From Calditrichaceae bacterium (GTDB lineage: Bacteria; Calditrichota; Calditrichia; Calditrichales; JBFXGD01), in contig JBFXLE010000003.1 of NCBI GenBank assembly GCA_050173015.1, positions 1-64,000 of the forward strand: a DNA stretch of 64,000 nucleotides. Reading direction: 5' to 3'. Made by a program: the position numbers and the translations under genes. The stretch's first letter is position 1; the number at the start of each line of letters is the position of its first letter. Below, in pieces: positions 29,122 to 39,925 of this stretch. The notes beneath the pieces are model-generated. The model was not told the DNA's origin. It searched no databases and was given only the letters and a program-made list of their open reading frames with translations.

Positions 29122-29211
29122 CTTATTCTCCTGTCATATTTCAGTTTTCAGGATGTTTGATTTATAACCTGTTTTTCATTATTGTCACTATTTTACAACG
29201 GTTTCCGCGAG

Positions 29212-31155
29212 CTAATCCCAAAGAATCCAGTTTAAACCCGCTCGAACTCTTCTAAACTGCTCATAGTAACCCGAGATGAATGAATAATCTTTGCCGAACG
29301 GATTATCCATTTCCAAAAAAAACTGCACATCTTTCACCGTCGCGGCGACTTTATAACTAAACATAAGATACGATTCTTCATTTCCCGCTATGGCATAAAA
29401 TCGCTCAACCCATGGATCGTACTCAATTCGATCGTGATTCCCATACCAGTACACATTACCAACGGCATCGATCGTGACCGCGTCTTTTAACCATTTATCC
29501 TGATATCCGGCCTGCAGCCAGAATGTCTGTTCAGATGTGAGATGCAGATCACCGGCGATTAATTCTCCGCCCGCGCCAACTCTAAACTGATAAAAGGAAT
29601 ACTCCGCTCTACCGCCAACCCATGTAAATGACCGGTCACTGCCGTTCTCGAAGTTACTTCCCGTAAAGATGATTTCATCCTCGATGTTTCTGAATCCGAT
29701 TTCAGCTCTGATATAAAATTCTTCGCGCGGTTGATATCGCAAAGAGGCCATCAGTGTTGATAATTTTTCTGAGTTCAGGTCAGCATTACCATGGTATGTC
29801 TCAAATTGGTAAGATCGCTCATTACGATTAGGATATCTCGATCTACGATTGGCGCTTAAACCGGCCTGCAGATCATCATAACCCCACTTTAATTCCACGC
29901 CCGGCATCAGAAGCAAATCATTATCATAAAGATAAGTCGTTTCAAGCGAAGGTGTTATAATCATCTCTGATGACAACGATTTCTCCAATCTGAACATTCC
30001 GTTCAGCCCGCTGTCAACATATTTCCGATTGAATGTATTGCCCCAGATCAGATTCTGGTAAACGCTAAAAGCCGCGTAGAATTCTGATCCGTTTATATGC
30101 CAGTTTCGATCCGCGTTTACCTGTATCTGTTCATAACGCAGCCGTGTATGCAGGGAATCGCTTAATGACCGTGTTTTCCTTAAATTTTCCGACCAGGCGG
30201 TCTGAAAATGCCATCTCTCCCCTTTTTCTTTGTCCACCAGCCAGGTAAGATCGTTATAAAAGTCCTTCCTGTATTCCAGATAACGGTAATTGGAAAATTG
30301 GCTAAAATTGAACATGCCGGTTTTTTCAGAGTTCAGATGAAACCTGAGTCTTGAAAAAAGATCAGGAGTTATTTGATAGGTGATCGTCCCGCGGTAATTT
30401 GTACCGTTATAGTCCGTATTGCCCGTCCATCCTGAATAATCTTTATTTATTCCGCCTAACTGCACCGCCACTTTATTGTTTAATTTTTGCGCGAATGTGA
30501 TGTCAAGATCCGTATAGCCGTAATCACCTTCACGATACATCATCCGGGTGTAAGGCTCTTCCTGATGAATGGTTTGTGTCGTTACATTTATCCCATCGGC
30601 AAGAACCGGATTACCGCCATGGATAACGGATACATTCGGATCGGTTTCGAGTGATTGAACAATATCCAGAGGCAGAAAGCGGGTATTATACATTCCGTTT
30701 ATCGGATCATTCACCAGCAGGCCGTCCACACGAAAACCGGTTTGATGCGGCAGAAGATTGGACGCGGAAACATAACGCGGCCGCCCCATATCAAAGAAAT
30801 CAAATATCCTGTAGCCGTTCACGGTTCTGAATACATCGGCCAAACCGTTATAATTTTGGCGCAGAATATTTTCAAAGCGGAAGATAACATTATCTGAGGT
30901 ATTACGAATATCAAATAAATTTCCGTGAATATCATAATTGTATGACTTTAAATAGGGTATTTTTTCCGCGGGTCCCTTCTTTGGTGCCTCCAGGGTTGTA
31001 TCACCCCGGGCTTTAAACATTGTTGAATCCTGTACAGAAACGGAGTCGGCGATTTGGGCCCGGACATCGGAGGAAAAAAGGTAAAGAAATGAAATTGATA
31101 TGAATAAAAACAGCTGAATATTTATTTTAAACACAGGTTGTATCCGTTTCTTCAT
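29212..31155 (-). CDS. Outer-membrane beta-barrel with plug-like domain (putative porin or TonB-dependent-receptor-like)
   Basis: Signal peptide; VDGLLVNDP plug-like motif; amphipathic strands; aromatic C-terminus NWILWD. Confidence 0.6.
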   Translation of the reverse strand: MKKRIQPVFKINIQLFLFISISFLYLFSSDVRAQIADSVSVQDSTMFKARGDTTLEAPKKGPAEKIPYLKSYNYDIHGNLFDIRNTSDNVIFRFENILRQNYNGLADVFRTVNGYRIFDFFDMGRPRYVSASNLLPHQTGFRVDGLLVNDPINGMYNTRFLPLDIVQSLETDPNVSVIHGGNPVLADGINVTTQTIHQEEPYTRMMYREGDYGYTDLDITFAQKLNNKVAVQLGGINKDYSGWTGNTDYNGTNYRGTITYQITPDLFSRLRFHLNSEKTGMFNFSQFSNYRYLEYRKDFYNDLTWLVDKEKGERWHFQTAWSENLRKTRSLSDSLHTRLRYEQIQVNADRNWHINGSEFYAAFSVYQNLIWGNTFNRKYVDSGLNGMFRLEKSLSSEMIITPSLETTYLYDNDLLLMPGVELKWGYDDLQAGLSANRRSRYPNRNERSYQFETYHGNADLNSEKLSTLMASLRYQPREEFYIRAEIGFRNIEDEIIFTGSNFENGSDRSFTWVGGRAEYSFYQFRVGAGGELIAGDLHLTSEQTFWLQAGYQDKWLKDAVTIDAVGNVYWYGNHDRIEYDPWVERFYAIAGNEESYLMFSYKVAATVKDVQFFLEMDNPFGKDYSFISGYYEQFRRVRAGLNWILWD

Positions 31156-31419
31156 TCCATATTTTATAAGAATAGAATATCACAATTATTTGCAAAAGAA
31201 TCAAATTCTTTATTATCCTTCTTAAAACAAAAAACGATCCCAAATGACTGATATGATCAACAAAGTTCTTTACAGATATCAGGCCAAACAGTATCCCAAC
31301 TCAAAAAACAAAAAAAACGATTGTTCGACATTTTTAAAAAGATGCATGAGAATTTTTTCCTGCTTATCTTAGTTTAACGGTTTGAATATCAGTTCGATGT
31401 AACTATAAAGGAGGTTGTC

Positions 31420-31707
31420 ATGGCCTATATTATCACCGAACCCTGTGTTGGTGTTTGTGATACAGCTTGTGTCGAAGTCTGCCCGGTTGATTGTTTTTAT
31501 CCCGCGGAAGGTTACAGTTTTGAGACAGAGGAAGGTAAAGAAAAAATGAGGGCGGAGGGACAGATGCTTTATATTCATCCTGAAGAATGTATCGATTGCG
31601 GCGCGTGCGAACCGGAATGTCCGGTGGAAGCAATTTTCCCGGAAGAAGAAGTCCCCGATGCCATGCAGGCTTATATCAAGAAAAATTATGACCGGTTTGG
31701 TCTATAG
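31420..31707 (+). CDS. Dicluster ferredoxin
   Basis: [17 protein letters not shown] and [22 protein letters not shown]. Confidence 0.93.
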   Translation: MAYIITEPCVGVCDTACVEVCPVDCFYPAEGYSFETEEGKEKMRAEGQMLYIHPEECIDCGACEPECPVEAIFPEEEVPDAMQAYIKKNYDRFGL

Positions 31708-31729
31708 ATCAGGTTACATCGCTTTATAT

Positions 31730-31763
31730 AAATCTCTCCGTGTCTAACGCGGAGAGATTTTTT
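31730..31763. terminator. Bidirectional terminator
   Basis: AAATCTCTCCG...CGGAGAGATTTTT between convergent genes. Confidence 0.8.
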
Positions 31764-31764
31764 A

Positions 31765-32727
31765 TTAATAATGCTTAAATTCGTCCATCAGATAATTTTG
31801 AACATAATCGGTGATACCCTCTTCCAGCGTATGCATCTTTTGATCATATCCGGCTTTCCGTAACTTTGATATCTCGGCCTGAGTGTAATACTGATATCGA
31901 TCACGGATATTTTCCGGCATATCGATATACTTTATATTTGTTTCTAAATTCATCGCCTTAAATGTCGCGGTTACAAGATCTTTGAAACTGCGCGCATTTC
32001 CGCTCCCAACATTAAAAAGTCCGTTGACTTTCGGTTTGCTAAGAAGATACCAGATCACATTCACCACGTCAGTGATATAGACAAAATCACGCAACTGCTC
32101 CCCGTCCTTAAAATCCGGCCGGTGCGATTTGAACAGTTTAACGGCGCCGGTGTCATTTATTTGGTTAAAGGCCTTAAATACCACTGAGGACATATCATCT
32201 TTGAAATATTCATTCGGGCCGTAAACGTTAAAAAATTTCAAACCCGTTATTTTGTCAAACCAGCCTTCACGCCGGGCCTTGAGATCAAATATCTGTTTTG
32301 AATAACCATACATGTTCAGAGGCTGCAGCGTATGGATTGCGCTCTCATCATCATCATACCCCGTATCTCCGGAGCCGTATGTGGCGGCGGAACTGGCATA
32401 AATAAATCTGACATTATTTTTAACAGAATATTCCGCAAGTCTGAGAGTGTATCGGTAATTATTCTCCATCAGGTAATTGGCGTCTTTTTCCGTGGTCGCG
32501 CTGCAGGCTCCCATGTGGATAATCGCGTCGATATTATGATTCTGTTCCAGATATGAATGCAGTTGATCCCGATCCAGATAATCAGAAAAACTAAGATTGC
32601 GCAGATTTTTCCACTTATCATTTTCCCTGAGCGCGTCAACGGCTATGATATCATTCATGCCTTCTTTATTCAGTTTTGATACGACGCAGCTCCCTATAAA
32701 ACCGGCGGCTCCGGTAATAATGATCAT
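31765..32727 (-). CDS. hldD: ADP-L-glycero-D-manno-heptose 6-epimerase
   Basis: ITGAAGFIGS, HMGACSATTE, YASSAATYG, PLNMYGYSK, FFNVYGPNE; start at M18 of track ORF. Confidence 0.93.
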   Translation of the reverse strand: MIIITGAAGFIGSCVVSKLNKEGMNDIIAVDALRENDKWKNLRNLSFSDYLDRDQLHSYLEQNHNIDAIIHMGACSATTEKDANYLMENNYRYTLRLAEYSVKNNVRFIYASSAATYGSGDTGYDDDESAIHTLQPLNMYGYSKQIFDLKARREGWFDKITGLKFFNVYGPNEYFKDDMSSVVFKAFNQINDTGAVKLFKSHRPDFKDGEQLRDFVYITDVVNVIWYLLSKPKVNGLFNVGSGNARSFKDLVTATFKAMNLETNIKYIDMPENIRDRYQYYTQAEISKLRKAGYDQKMHTLEEGITDYVQNYLMDEFKHY

Positions 32728-32820
32728 TTTATAAGACTCCGATGCTTCATTTGAAAAATTGAAAAAGTACAGGCACATCTCTGTGCCTGACCAATATTTT
32801 GATTACTCACTGATTTAAAA

Positions 32821-33861
32821 TCAGGCCTCAACTTCCGCAAAAATATCATTCAGCCTTTTTTCTTTTCTGCCTTCCCAGTTACGTTGATGATACCCGTATC
32901 CGGCGATTAACGGAAATGCCATTGAGGCTTCGGCAAAAACCATCTGCTCGTTGACCGTGTCAACTTTACCCCAGGAGCAAGCCTCTTTCAATGTCGAACC
33001 CGAAAGTCCGCCGTCGCGTTCATCGGCAACCGTAATCTGTATCGCGTATTTGTGCATCGGCGCCGGCTGATCTATCATCTCGGTGGCAACAACGATGTCC
33101 TGAACAAAATTCTTTGGCACCCCGCCGCCAAGCATAAAAATACCTGATTCCTGGTGTTCCAGTTTTATCTTTGTGATTTCCAAAAAGTCCGCTGCCGAGT
33201 CAATCGTTAATTTCGGACCTTTTGCGTAATATTGATGGTGTACAAGACCAAATCCGGCGGAACAATCCGAAAACGCCGGCACAAATATGGGCACGCCTTT
33301 TTTGTAACACTGATAAACAATCGATTCTTCGCGGGAATCGGCATACTGATCATGCTCATCCAGATACCGGCCCATTTCTTTGATGAATTCTCTTGAAGAA
33401 TAAGGCCGTTTTTCCAGATCTGTACAAATTTTTGAGATGCTTTCATCACAGACGCGCAGATCCTCTTCATCAATATAAGTATCATATATCCGGTCAATCA
33501 TTAATTCACGCAATTCGTGATCATTTACAAATGGTGTTCCGACATAATGAGAAAATCCCAAACCTTCAAAAAAGTCCTGATCCACAATATTCGCGCCTGT
33601 GGAAACAATCGCGTCAACCATGTTATTTTCAACAAGAGTGAGAACCGCCTTCTTTAATCCCGCGCTGATCAGAGATCCGGCCAGCGTGAGGAATACAACG
33701 ACATCCTTATCTTTTTGCATCATATCAAAAATACGCGATGCCCGGTACAGGTTTCTTGCCTGAAAAGCCATTTTCCCCATGGCATCAACCATAGGAACAA
33801 CATTATATTGAGTGATATCGATATGCTCGATTTTTTGTTTAAGGTAATCCTGTTTTTTCAT
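32821..33861 (-). CDS. Deoxyhypusine synthase-like protein (probable homospermidine synthase, SpeY type)
   Basis: STGAN, DRIYD, GGGVPKNF, GGLSGSTLKEACSWGK. Confidence 0.9.
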   Translation of the reverse strand: MKKQDYLKQKIEHIDITQYNVVPMVDAMGKMAFQARNLYRASRIFDMMQKDKDVVVFLTLAGSLISAGLKKAVLTLVENNMVDAIVSTGANIVDQDFFEGLGFSHYVGTPFVNDHELRELMIDRIYDTYIDEEDLRVCDESISKICTDLEKRPYSSREFIKEMGRYLDEHDQYADSREESIVYQCYKKGVPIFVPAFSDCSAGFGLVHHQYYAKGPKLTIDSAADFLEITKIKLEHQESGIFMLGGGVPKNFVQDIVVATEMIDQPAPMHKYAIQITVADERDGGLSGSTLKEACSWGKVDTVNEQMVFAEASMAFPLIAGYGYHQRNWEGRKEKRLNDIFAEVEA

Positions 33862-34016
33862 ATTATTCTCCCATTTCTCTCAAAAGAATTGATCTCTGTT
33901 TTTAGCGGGCTCAATATATATAATCGAGCTCCTTTTTGCAAGACAAACCAAGCCCCGGATCGATATTTACATTTTTTTTAACAAACCGCGATCAGAAGGG
34001 CAATTCCGGTGAAAAC

Positions 34017-34736
34017 CTATACCCAGTCGAGACCCGTTTTCCGGATAATGTCATGAAATGGTGAATAGGTGATATTTTCCGGATCCATAAATTGATGAAT
34101 AAATGTCGGGTGCCCCTGTCTGATAATTTTCGATGAATCATCGATGGATTCAAGAATGTCTTTTTCCCAATTGCCGGCTTTATTTCCCCATAAAATATAT
34201 ACCGGACTTTCTTCTCTTTTATTCAGCGATTTTATTACGGCTTTTTGAAAAGGACGCCAGAACATAAAATGGGCCTTTTTATCCATTTTGGTTGAAAAAG
34301 TCAATGAGGTATTCAATAAAAATATGCCCTGATCAATCCAGTGCGTGAATAATTTTCCCGGCGCTTTAAAATTAATGCCGCGGGCGATCTTTCTGCACTC
34401 AACGATCGGCGTTCTGTAATCAGCGTATTCTTCCGCCGTAAGCATGGCCTTTAGCATATTTTTTAAAGAATTCCCGTTGGTTTTATCCTCCCAGGAGTTT
34501 ACTTCCTTATCCCAAAAGGCGATACCGCAAGCGGAGGAGATCCTCGGATAGGGATCTTCTCCATACAATACGCATTTGACCCGGTCCGGACCGGACAAAT
34601 GAAAGGCATTAAATATTAAATCCTTTCCGGGAATCAATATTTCATAATCTTCAATAAATTTATCCAGTGAATTATAAAACTCAACCATATTCAGATGAGG
34701 ATTCAGCAGGATTTCCCAGGATTCCGGTAATCGCAT
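34017..34736 (-). CDS. Uracil-DNA glycosylase, family-1-like variant
   Basis: GEDPYP, ACGIAF, SLKN, QGIFLLNTSLT, ILWG, GHPT. Confidence 0.8.
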   Translation of the reverse strand: MRLPESWEILLNPHLNMVEFYNSLDKFIEDYEILIPGKDLIFNAFHLSGPDRVKCVLYGEDPYPRISSACGIAFWDKEVNSWEDKTNGNSLKNMLKAMLTAEEYADYRTPIVECRKIARGINFKAPGKLFTHWIDQGIFLLNTSLTFSTKMDKKAHFMFWRPFQKAVIKSLNKREESPVYILWGNKAGNWEKDILESIDDSSKIIRQGHPTFIHQFMDPENITYSPFHDIIRKTGLDWV

Positions 34737-34832
34737 ATCGATCTCATAAATTTGTTAACACCAAGTTTTTTTAAAATGGACAAATTGCGGGTTTTATGCA
34801 AGCATTAAATTTGTTATCGGCCCCGGCGGTCA

Positions 34833-35498
34833 TCAACCTGCTTCTGATTCAAAATCCCCTTTGGCAGTGTCTGAATTCATGGAAAAAAGCAAAGGGTAAT
34901 GTTTTTTGTATTCGGAATATATGCGATCATAAGGGAGATCAGCAAAGCTTCCATGCTCATGAATATACTCCATATGCCGGTTTCCGTTTGTATCAAATTC
35001 ATGAAAAACGGAATCGCCGGTACCGTCAAATTCCAATGGCTTCACATTGAATCTTTTGCATAATCTGAGATTGAACGCGGGTGTCGCTTTTACCCATTTA
35101 TGATCCAAAAACAATTCAGAATATCCGTGATATAAAAACACATCTGTTTGCATTAATTCGGTCAGTTTCTTCGAGGTCAGATGATTCTTAACATCGGCAA
35201 AACCAAGTCTCGCGGGAATCCCTGCCGCGCGCGCGGCGGCGGTCAGCAGTACCGCTTTATTTATGCAGAACCCGTATCCCTTCTTTAAAACACTGCTTGC
35301 TTTAAACGCTGCGCGTTCCAAATCAATTTTATAGGGGTCATAGCGGAAACCGTCCCGAACGGTATAGTAGAGTTTAACGGCCTTTTCTATATCTGTTTTT
35401 TCACCTTTTATATTTTCACTGCTGAATTCAATGATTTCGGATGAGTCGCTGTCGATAAAATAAGTCGGTTTTAGGTATATTTGAAGTATGTCTGTCAT
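34833..35498 (-). CDS. Transglutaminase-like protein
   Basis: GFCINKA, GIPARLGFADVKNHL, HGY, WVKATPAF. Confidence 0.88.
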   Translation of the reverse strand: MTDILQIYLKPTYFIDSDSSEIIEFSSENIKGEKTDIEKAVKLYYTVRDGFRYDPYKIDLERAAFKASSVLKKGYGFCINKAVLLTAAARAAGIPARLGFADVKNHLTSKKLTELMQTDVFLYHGYSELFLDHKWVKATPAFNLRLCKRFNVKPLEFDGTGDSVFHEFDTNGNRHMEYIHEHGSFADLPYDRIYSEYKKHYPLLFSMNSDTAKGDFESEAG

Positions 35499-35537
35499 CT
35501 TTTCCCGGTTCTGTAAATTCTGATTAATGGCCTGTCT

Positions 35538-36029
35538 TCATTTGTATTTTTCATCATATTCTGATTTCAGAATTCCATATCGAAGTATATCGTAATATTT
35601 GCCCTCATAATATTTAGCTTGCCTCAATCTCCCCTCAGGGATAAAACCCATCTTCTCTATCATTGTTTTTGCGCGATCGTTATAATCCAATACTTCGGCT
35701 TCAAGACGGTAAAAATTCATTGTTTCAAAAGCATATTTTATCACACCGAGCAGAGCATTTTTTCCGTATCCTTTTCCCTGATATTTATCCGCGATAAAGA
35801 TGCTGAGTTCAGCTTTTCTGTTATACCATTTTATATTCCGCAAACTGACTTCACCAATCAACTGATTCTCTTTTTGAATGGCAAATCTCATGACCGCGGG
35901 CATGTTTCCGGTATACATCCTGGTCTCAGACAGATATATCGACGCGGAACTATCCCGAAACAGCTCTTCCAGTCCGGGATCATCCATATTTACAGATTTG
36001 ATACGGATACCGCCTTCAATAACAATCAT
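35538..36029 (-). CDS. GNAT acetyltransferase (RimJ/RimL/SpeG-like)
   Basis: YQGKGYG, KMGFIPEGRLR. Confidence 0.88.
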   Translation of the reverse strand: MIVIEGGIRIKSVNMDDPGLEELFRDSSASIYLSETRMYTGNMPAVMRFAIQKENQLIGEVSLRNIKWYNRKAELSIFIADKYQGKGYGKNALLGVIKYAFETMNFYRLEAEVLDYNDRAKTMIEKMGFIPEGRLRQAKYYEGKYYDILRYGILKSEYDEKYK

Positions 36030-36096
36030 GCCAAACTACTCCCGGAAAATATTTATCATGTCGTTTAAATCAAAAACCGGCCGGAAAATCAGGATA

Positions 36097-36417
36097 TTAT
36101 TTGCCGCCGCCGCTTCTGCCTTTTCTGAATCTTTTCATCGACAGATCACCTTCCCGGCCGTCAGAAATGCCGTCCCCGTCATTATCGATAAAAAAATCCT
36201 TTCCTTTTCCTTTGTGTTTTCCTTTTCCCTCCGCGCGCGCGCTCACACGGTCATCGATGCCATCGCCGTCCTCATCAACCCAGCCTTCCAGGCCCTCATC
36301 CTTGTTTATTTCTTTCTTAACATCTTTTTTTTCGACTTTGGTGGAATCCGTCGATTGGGCAAATGAAGCTAAACTGAATCCGAGCAGAATAAATACCGCC
36401 AGAACAAAGGTTTTCAT
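36097..36417 (-). CDS. Small secreted protein with two DxDGDG Ca-binding-like motifs
   Basis: Signal peptide; WVDEDGDGIDD and FIDNDGDGISD; GGGAGG RBS. Confidence 0.8.
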   Translation of the reverse strand: MKTFVLAVFILLGFSLASFAQSTDSTKVEKKDVKKEINKDEGLEGWVDEDGDGIDDRVSARAEGKGKHKGKGKDFFIDNDGDGISDGREGDLSMKRFRKGRSGGGK

Positions 36418-36496
36418 CCGCGCCTCCCTGATAATTTATTTGTATTCACGTTTTTTTTCCTCTGATCAGATGAATCTAATTTTACACAAATTTCTG

Positions 36497-37873
36497 TTAT
36501 TTCAAAGTATTGATAATATTTAATTTCTGCATCCTTGAACGCAAATGACGTTCAGAAATACCCAATAATTTTGCCGCCTGACTCTGATTACCATTCTTGA
36601 CTTTTAACGCCTCTTCAATCATCACTGTTTCATAGGCGGAAACTTTTGACACATAATCATCGGCAAAATTCAGAGGATCGAGAACCGATTTTTCAGAGGA
36701 TGTACTCAAACCCGGCGGCAAATCTTCCGTTGTAATGATTTCATCACGGGCAAATACAACGGCCCTTTCGATAATATTTTCGAGTTCGCGAATATTTCCC
36801 GGGAAATGATAACGCAACAGATAATCCTGCGCTTCTTTGCTGATTCCCTGAACATTTTTACCATTTTCGCGGGAGTATTTTTCGATAAAATAACGGATCA
36901 GTACAGGAATATCCGATTTTCGTTCACGAAGCGGCGGGATGTTAATCGTCACTACATTGATACGATAAAACAGATCCTCCCTGAATGCCCCCTGCTGAAT
37001 CATTTCTTCCAGATTTCTGTTTGTAGCGGTTAAAACGCGGACATCAACTTTGATTGTTTTGGAACCGCCCACACGCTCATATTCACCAAATTGCAATGCC
37101 CTAAGTAATTTCACCTGAGTCAAAAGCGGTATATCACCAACTTCATCGATAAACAATGTTCCGCCGTCCGCCTGCTCAAATCGTCCTATTCGCTGCGAAA
37201 CCGCCCCTGTGAAAGATCCTTTCTCATGACCGAACAGCTCACTCTCAAGAAGATTTTCCGAAAGCGCCGCGCAATTCACCGTCACAAGCGGGTGATCCTT
37301 CCGGTCACTCGCGAAATGAATCGCCTTTGCGATCAGCTCTTTGCCGGTTCCGCTCTCCCCTCTGATTAAAACGGTGGCTTTGCTCTTCGCGACTCTGCCG
37401 GACGTATTCAATACCTGTTCCATCTCGCCGCTTTGAGAGATGATGGAATCAAATTTATATTTTTCCATCAACTGCTCTTTCAACATCCTGTTTTCAGAGA
37501 TCAGGTAACGACGCTCTTTTGCCCTCCCGATCAGAATTTCAAGTTCCGCCAGATCAACCGGTTTTGAAAGATAATCAAACGCTCCTGCCTTCATTACGGT
37601 TACCGCATCCTCAATGAGACCATATGCTGTAATCACCACAACCGGTATTTCGGGATTAAATTTGTTGATTTCCCGCACCACCTGTAAACCGGTCAGATCA
37701 GGCATCCGGAAATCCGTAAACACAAGATCGATGTTGTTTTCTTTTGCTTTTTTTAGCCCTTCCGTTCCCGAACCCGCGGTCAAAACCGAAAACTTTCTTC
37801 GCTTCAAAAACGCTTCGATTGAAGCAAGCTGGGCGGGTTCATCATCAATCAAAAGAATTCTAAAATCAGACAT
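36497..37873 (-). CDS. Sigma-54-dependent response regulator (NtrC/ZraR/AtoC family)
   Basis: Receiver domain, GESGTGKE, GSFTGA, FPGNIREL, Fis-type HTH. Confidence 0.95.
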   Translation of the reverse strand: MSDFRILLIDDEPAQLASIEAFLKRRKFSVLTAGSGTEGLKKAKENNIDLVFTDFRMPDLTGLQVVREINKFNPEIPVVVITAYGLIEDAVTVMKAGAFDYLSKPVDLAELEILIGRAKERRYLISENRMLKEQLMEKYKFDSIISQSGEMEQVLNTSGRVAKSKATVLIRGESGTGKELIAKAIHFASDRKDHPLVTVNCAALSENLLESELFGHEKGSFTGAVSQRIGRFEQADGGTLFIDEVGDIPLLTQVKLLRALQFGEYERVGGSKTIKVDVRVLTATNRNLEEMIQQGAFREDLFYRINVVTINIPPLRERKSDIPVLIRYFIEKYSRENGKNVQGISKEAQDYLLRYHFPGNIRELENIIERAVVFARDEIITTEDLPPGLSTSSEKSVLDPLNFADDYVSKVSAYETVMIEEALKVKNGNQSQAAKLLGISERHLRSRMQKLNIINTLK

Positions 37874-39863
37874 TTTGGCGCTCCGCTATTTTTGGTAACT
37901 GAACATAAAAAGCAGTCCCCTGACCGGATTTGCTTTCAGCGCTGATTGTTCCCTTATGGTCTGTGATAATCCGGTGTACAATACTCAATCCCAGACCGGT
38001 TCCGGATTGTTTGGTCGTGAAATAAAGATCAAACATTTTATTCAGGTTTTCCTCGGAAATCCCCTCGCCGTTATCTTCAATTTTTATTTTTACAATATCC
38101 TTTTGATTTTTTACGGTGATCCTGATTAATCCCTCGCCCGCAAAGGATTCTACCGCGTTTTTTGTGAGATTCAACAGACTCTGCTTGATTTGATCACCAT
38201 CCCAAACGACTATTCCAATGTCATCAATGAACGCCTCAACTTCAATGTTTTTCGCTGCCGCCTCTTTTCTGGTGAGTTGAAGGATTTCATCAAACAACGC
38301 GTTTGCTTTACATTCGTGAAAAGCCGGTTTCTTGGGTCGGGCAAATTCCACAAACTGATTGATTATTTCATTCAGTCTTCTTACTTCATTACCCACCAGT
38401 TTTGCCAAACTGTGATATTCATCGCTGTTCTCTTTTGGTTCGAAATCAATATCAAACTGCTGAACAATTGTACTGATCGCGTTTAACGGATTCCTGATTT
38501 CGTGCGCGACTCCCGACGCTAGTTTGCCCATTGCCGATAGTTTTTCTTTCTGCTTTATCTGCTCCTCAAGAAGCCGCTGTTCCGTCAGATCTCTGATGAC
38601 GAGAATCATTGTTAAATCATCCCCGTTGTGATCTTTTACCGAAGATCTCGCCAGCGCGATCACCTTGTCTCTCATCATAAATTCCTTCACACCGGGAACC
38701 GGCCGCTCAGCATGAACATCGAATAATTCTACCGGCAGTTTCGAAATATCTTCATCCAGCATCCCGGCGTATTTGCTTCCCAGAATCTCCCCCGCCGCCT
38801 TATTGATCATCGTAATTCTGCCGTTTTTATCATAAGAGATGACCCCATCCGCGATGTTTTGCAGAATATTACCGTAATATGTCTGAACGACCCCATACTG
38901 ATTATTGACCACATCGTACTGCTGTTTAACGCTCATCAGTGTAAACAGTAAAAAACCGATCAAAACCAGCACTCCGGAAATTATGATAAGCCTGCGGAGT
39001 ATTCTTTCATTGATGGCTTCTACCCCGCCCAAAGCCAGCCCCATACGAAAGATACCAATTACCTCTGAATTATATTCAAAAGGATGGATTACTTCATAAA
39101 CAAGTTCATCGTTAAAAATTTTTTCCCTTGAATATGAAATATCTTTTTCAAAAACATCTTTTAGTACAGGATCGTCTTCTATACGTTCCAAACTAACGAC
39201 GTTTTTTGTCGCCGCCAGGATCCCCGACGTATCCTGCAGTGCCAAAAACACGACATGTTCATTATCGGAAATCTCCGCGATCAGTTTTCCAAAACCAATT
39301 TTTTTTCTGAATTGAAGCAGAGCATTTGAATCGATACTGACAACGATCACACCACCCTTTTCCCGTCTGACTGATACAGAATAATGATGTTGTCCGCCTT
39401 CGTTATGAAAACCTATGATATATTCATTTTCATCCGATTCCAGAATATCAGGCAGCCAGGACGACATTTCTGTCTCGATCTGCTGTCTGTTAATTTCGCC
39501 CGCTGTAATACCGTTAACATATTTGCCGGATTTATCAAAGAGTAAAATCTCCAGCAGTAAATTTTCTTTGGCTATTTTCATCATCGCCGCTGGATTTAAC
39601 AATGATTTGGAATCCAGATAATTCAGAAACCGCGCGTTATCCAGCAAGCGGTCTACAAGTTCCGATTCAACGGCCTGATTAGCCGCAAGATTATTGACAC
39701 TCGCCTGTGTGATCGCCTCAAGAATGGAGTTCGCGTTTTGATCCATCAGTTCATACAGCTCTTTTTTACTCTGGTTCAGCTCAATCAGTGCCGAAACAAG
39801 CATAAGCCCTGCTAATACCATGAAGATCATAATCAAATATGGGATGCGGATTAATTTTCTCAT
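37866..39863 (-). CDS. Membrane sensor histidine kinase with periplasmic and PAS domains
   Basis: Two TM helices, HEIRNPL, DNGEG, GTGLGL; overlaps the regulator gene. Confidence 0.93.
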   Translation of the reverse strand: MRKLIRIPYLIMIFMVLAGLMLVSALIELNQSKKELYELMDQNANSILEAITQASVNNLAANQAVESELVDRLLDNARFLNYLDSKSLLNPAAMMKIAKENLLLEILLFDKSGKYVNGITAGEINRQQIETEMSSWLPDILESDENEYIIGFHNEGGQHHYSVSVRREKGGVIVVSIDSNALLQFRKKIGFGKLIAEISDNEHVVFLALQDTSGILAATKNVVSLERIEDDPVLKDVFEKDISYSREKIFNDELVYEVIHPFEYNSEVIGIFRMGLALGGVEAINERILRRLIIISGVLVLIGFLLFTLMSVKQQYDVVNNQYGVVQTYYGNILQNIADGVISYDKNGRITMINKAAGEILGSKYAGMLDEDISKLPVELFDVHAERPVPGVKEFMMRDKVIALARSSVKDHNGDDLTMILVIRDLTEQRLLEEQIKQKEKLSAMGKLASGVAHEIRNPLNAISTIVQQFDIDFEPKENSDEYHSLAKLVGNEVRRLNEIINQFVEFARPKKPAFHECKANALFDEILQLTRKEAAAKNIEVEAFIDDIGIVVWDGDQIKQSLLNLTKNAVESFAGEGLIRITVKNQKDIVKIKIEDNGEGISEENLNKMFDLYFTTKQSGTGLGLSIVHRIITDHKGTISAESKSGQGTAFYVQLPKIAERQNV

Positions 39864-39925
39864 TTTTCTCGATTCGAAAACCGGTTGTCGGCCCGGTTGT
39901 TTTTTAGCACATCCTGAGATTTAAT

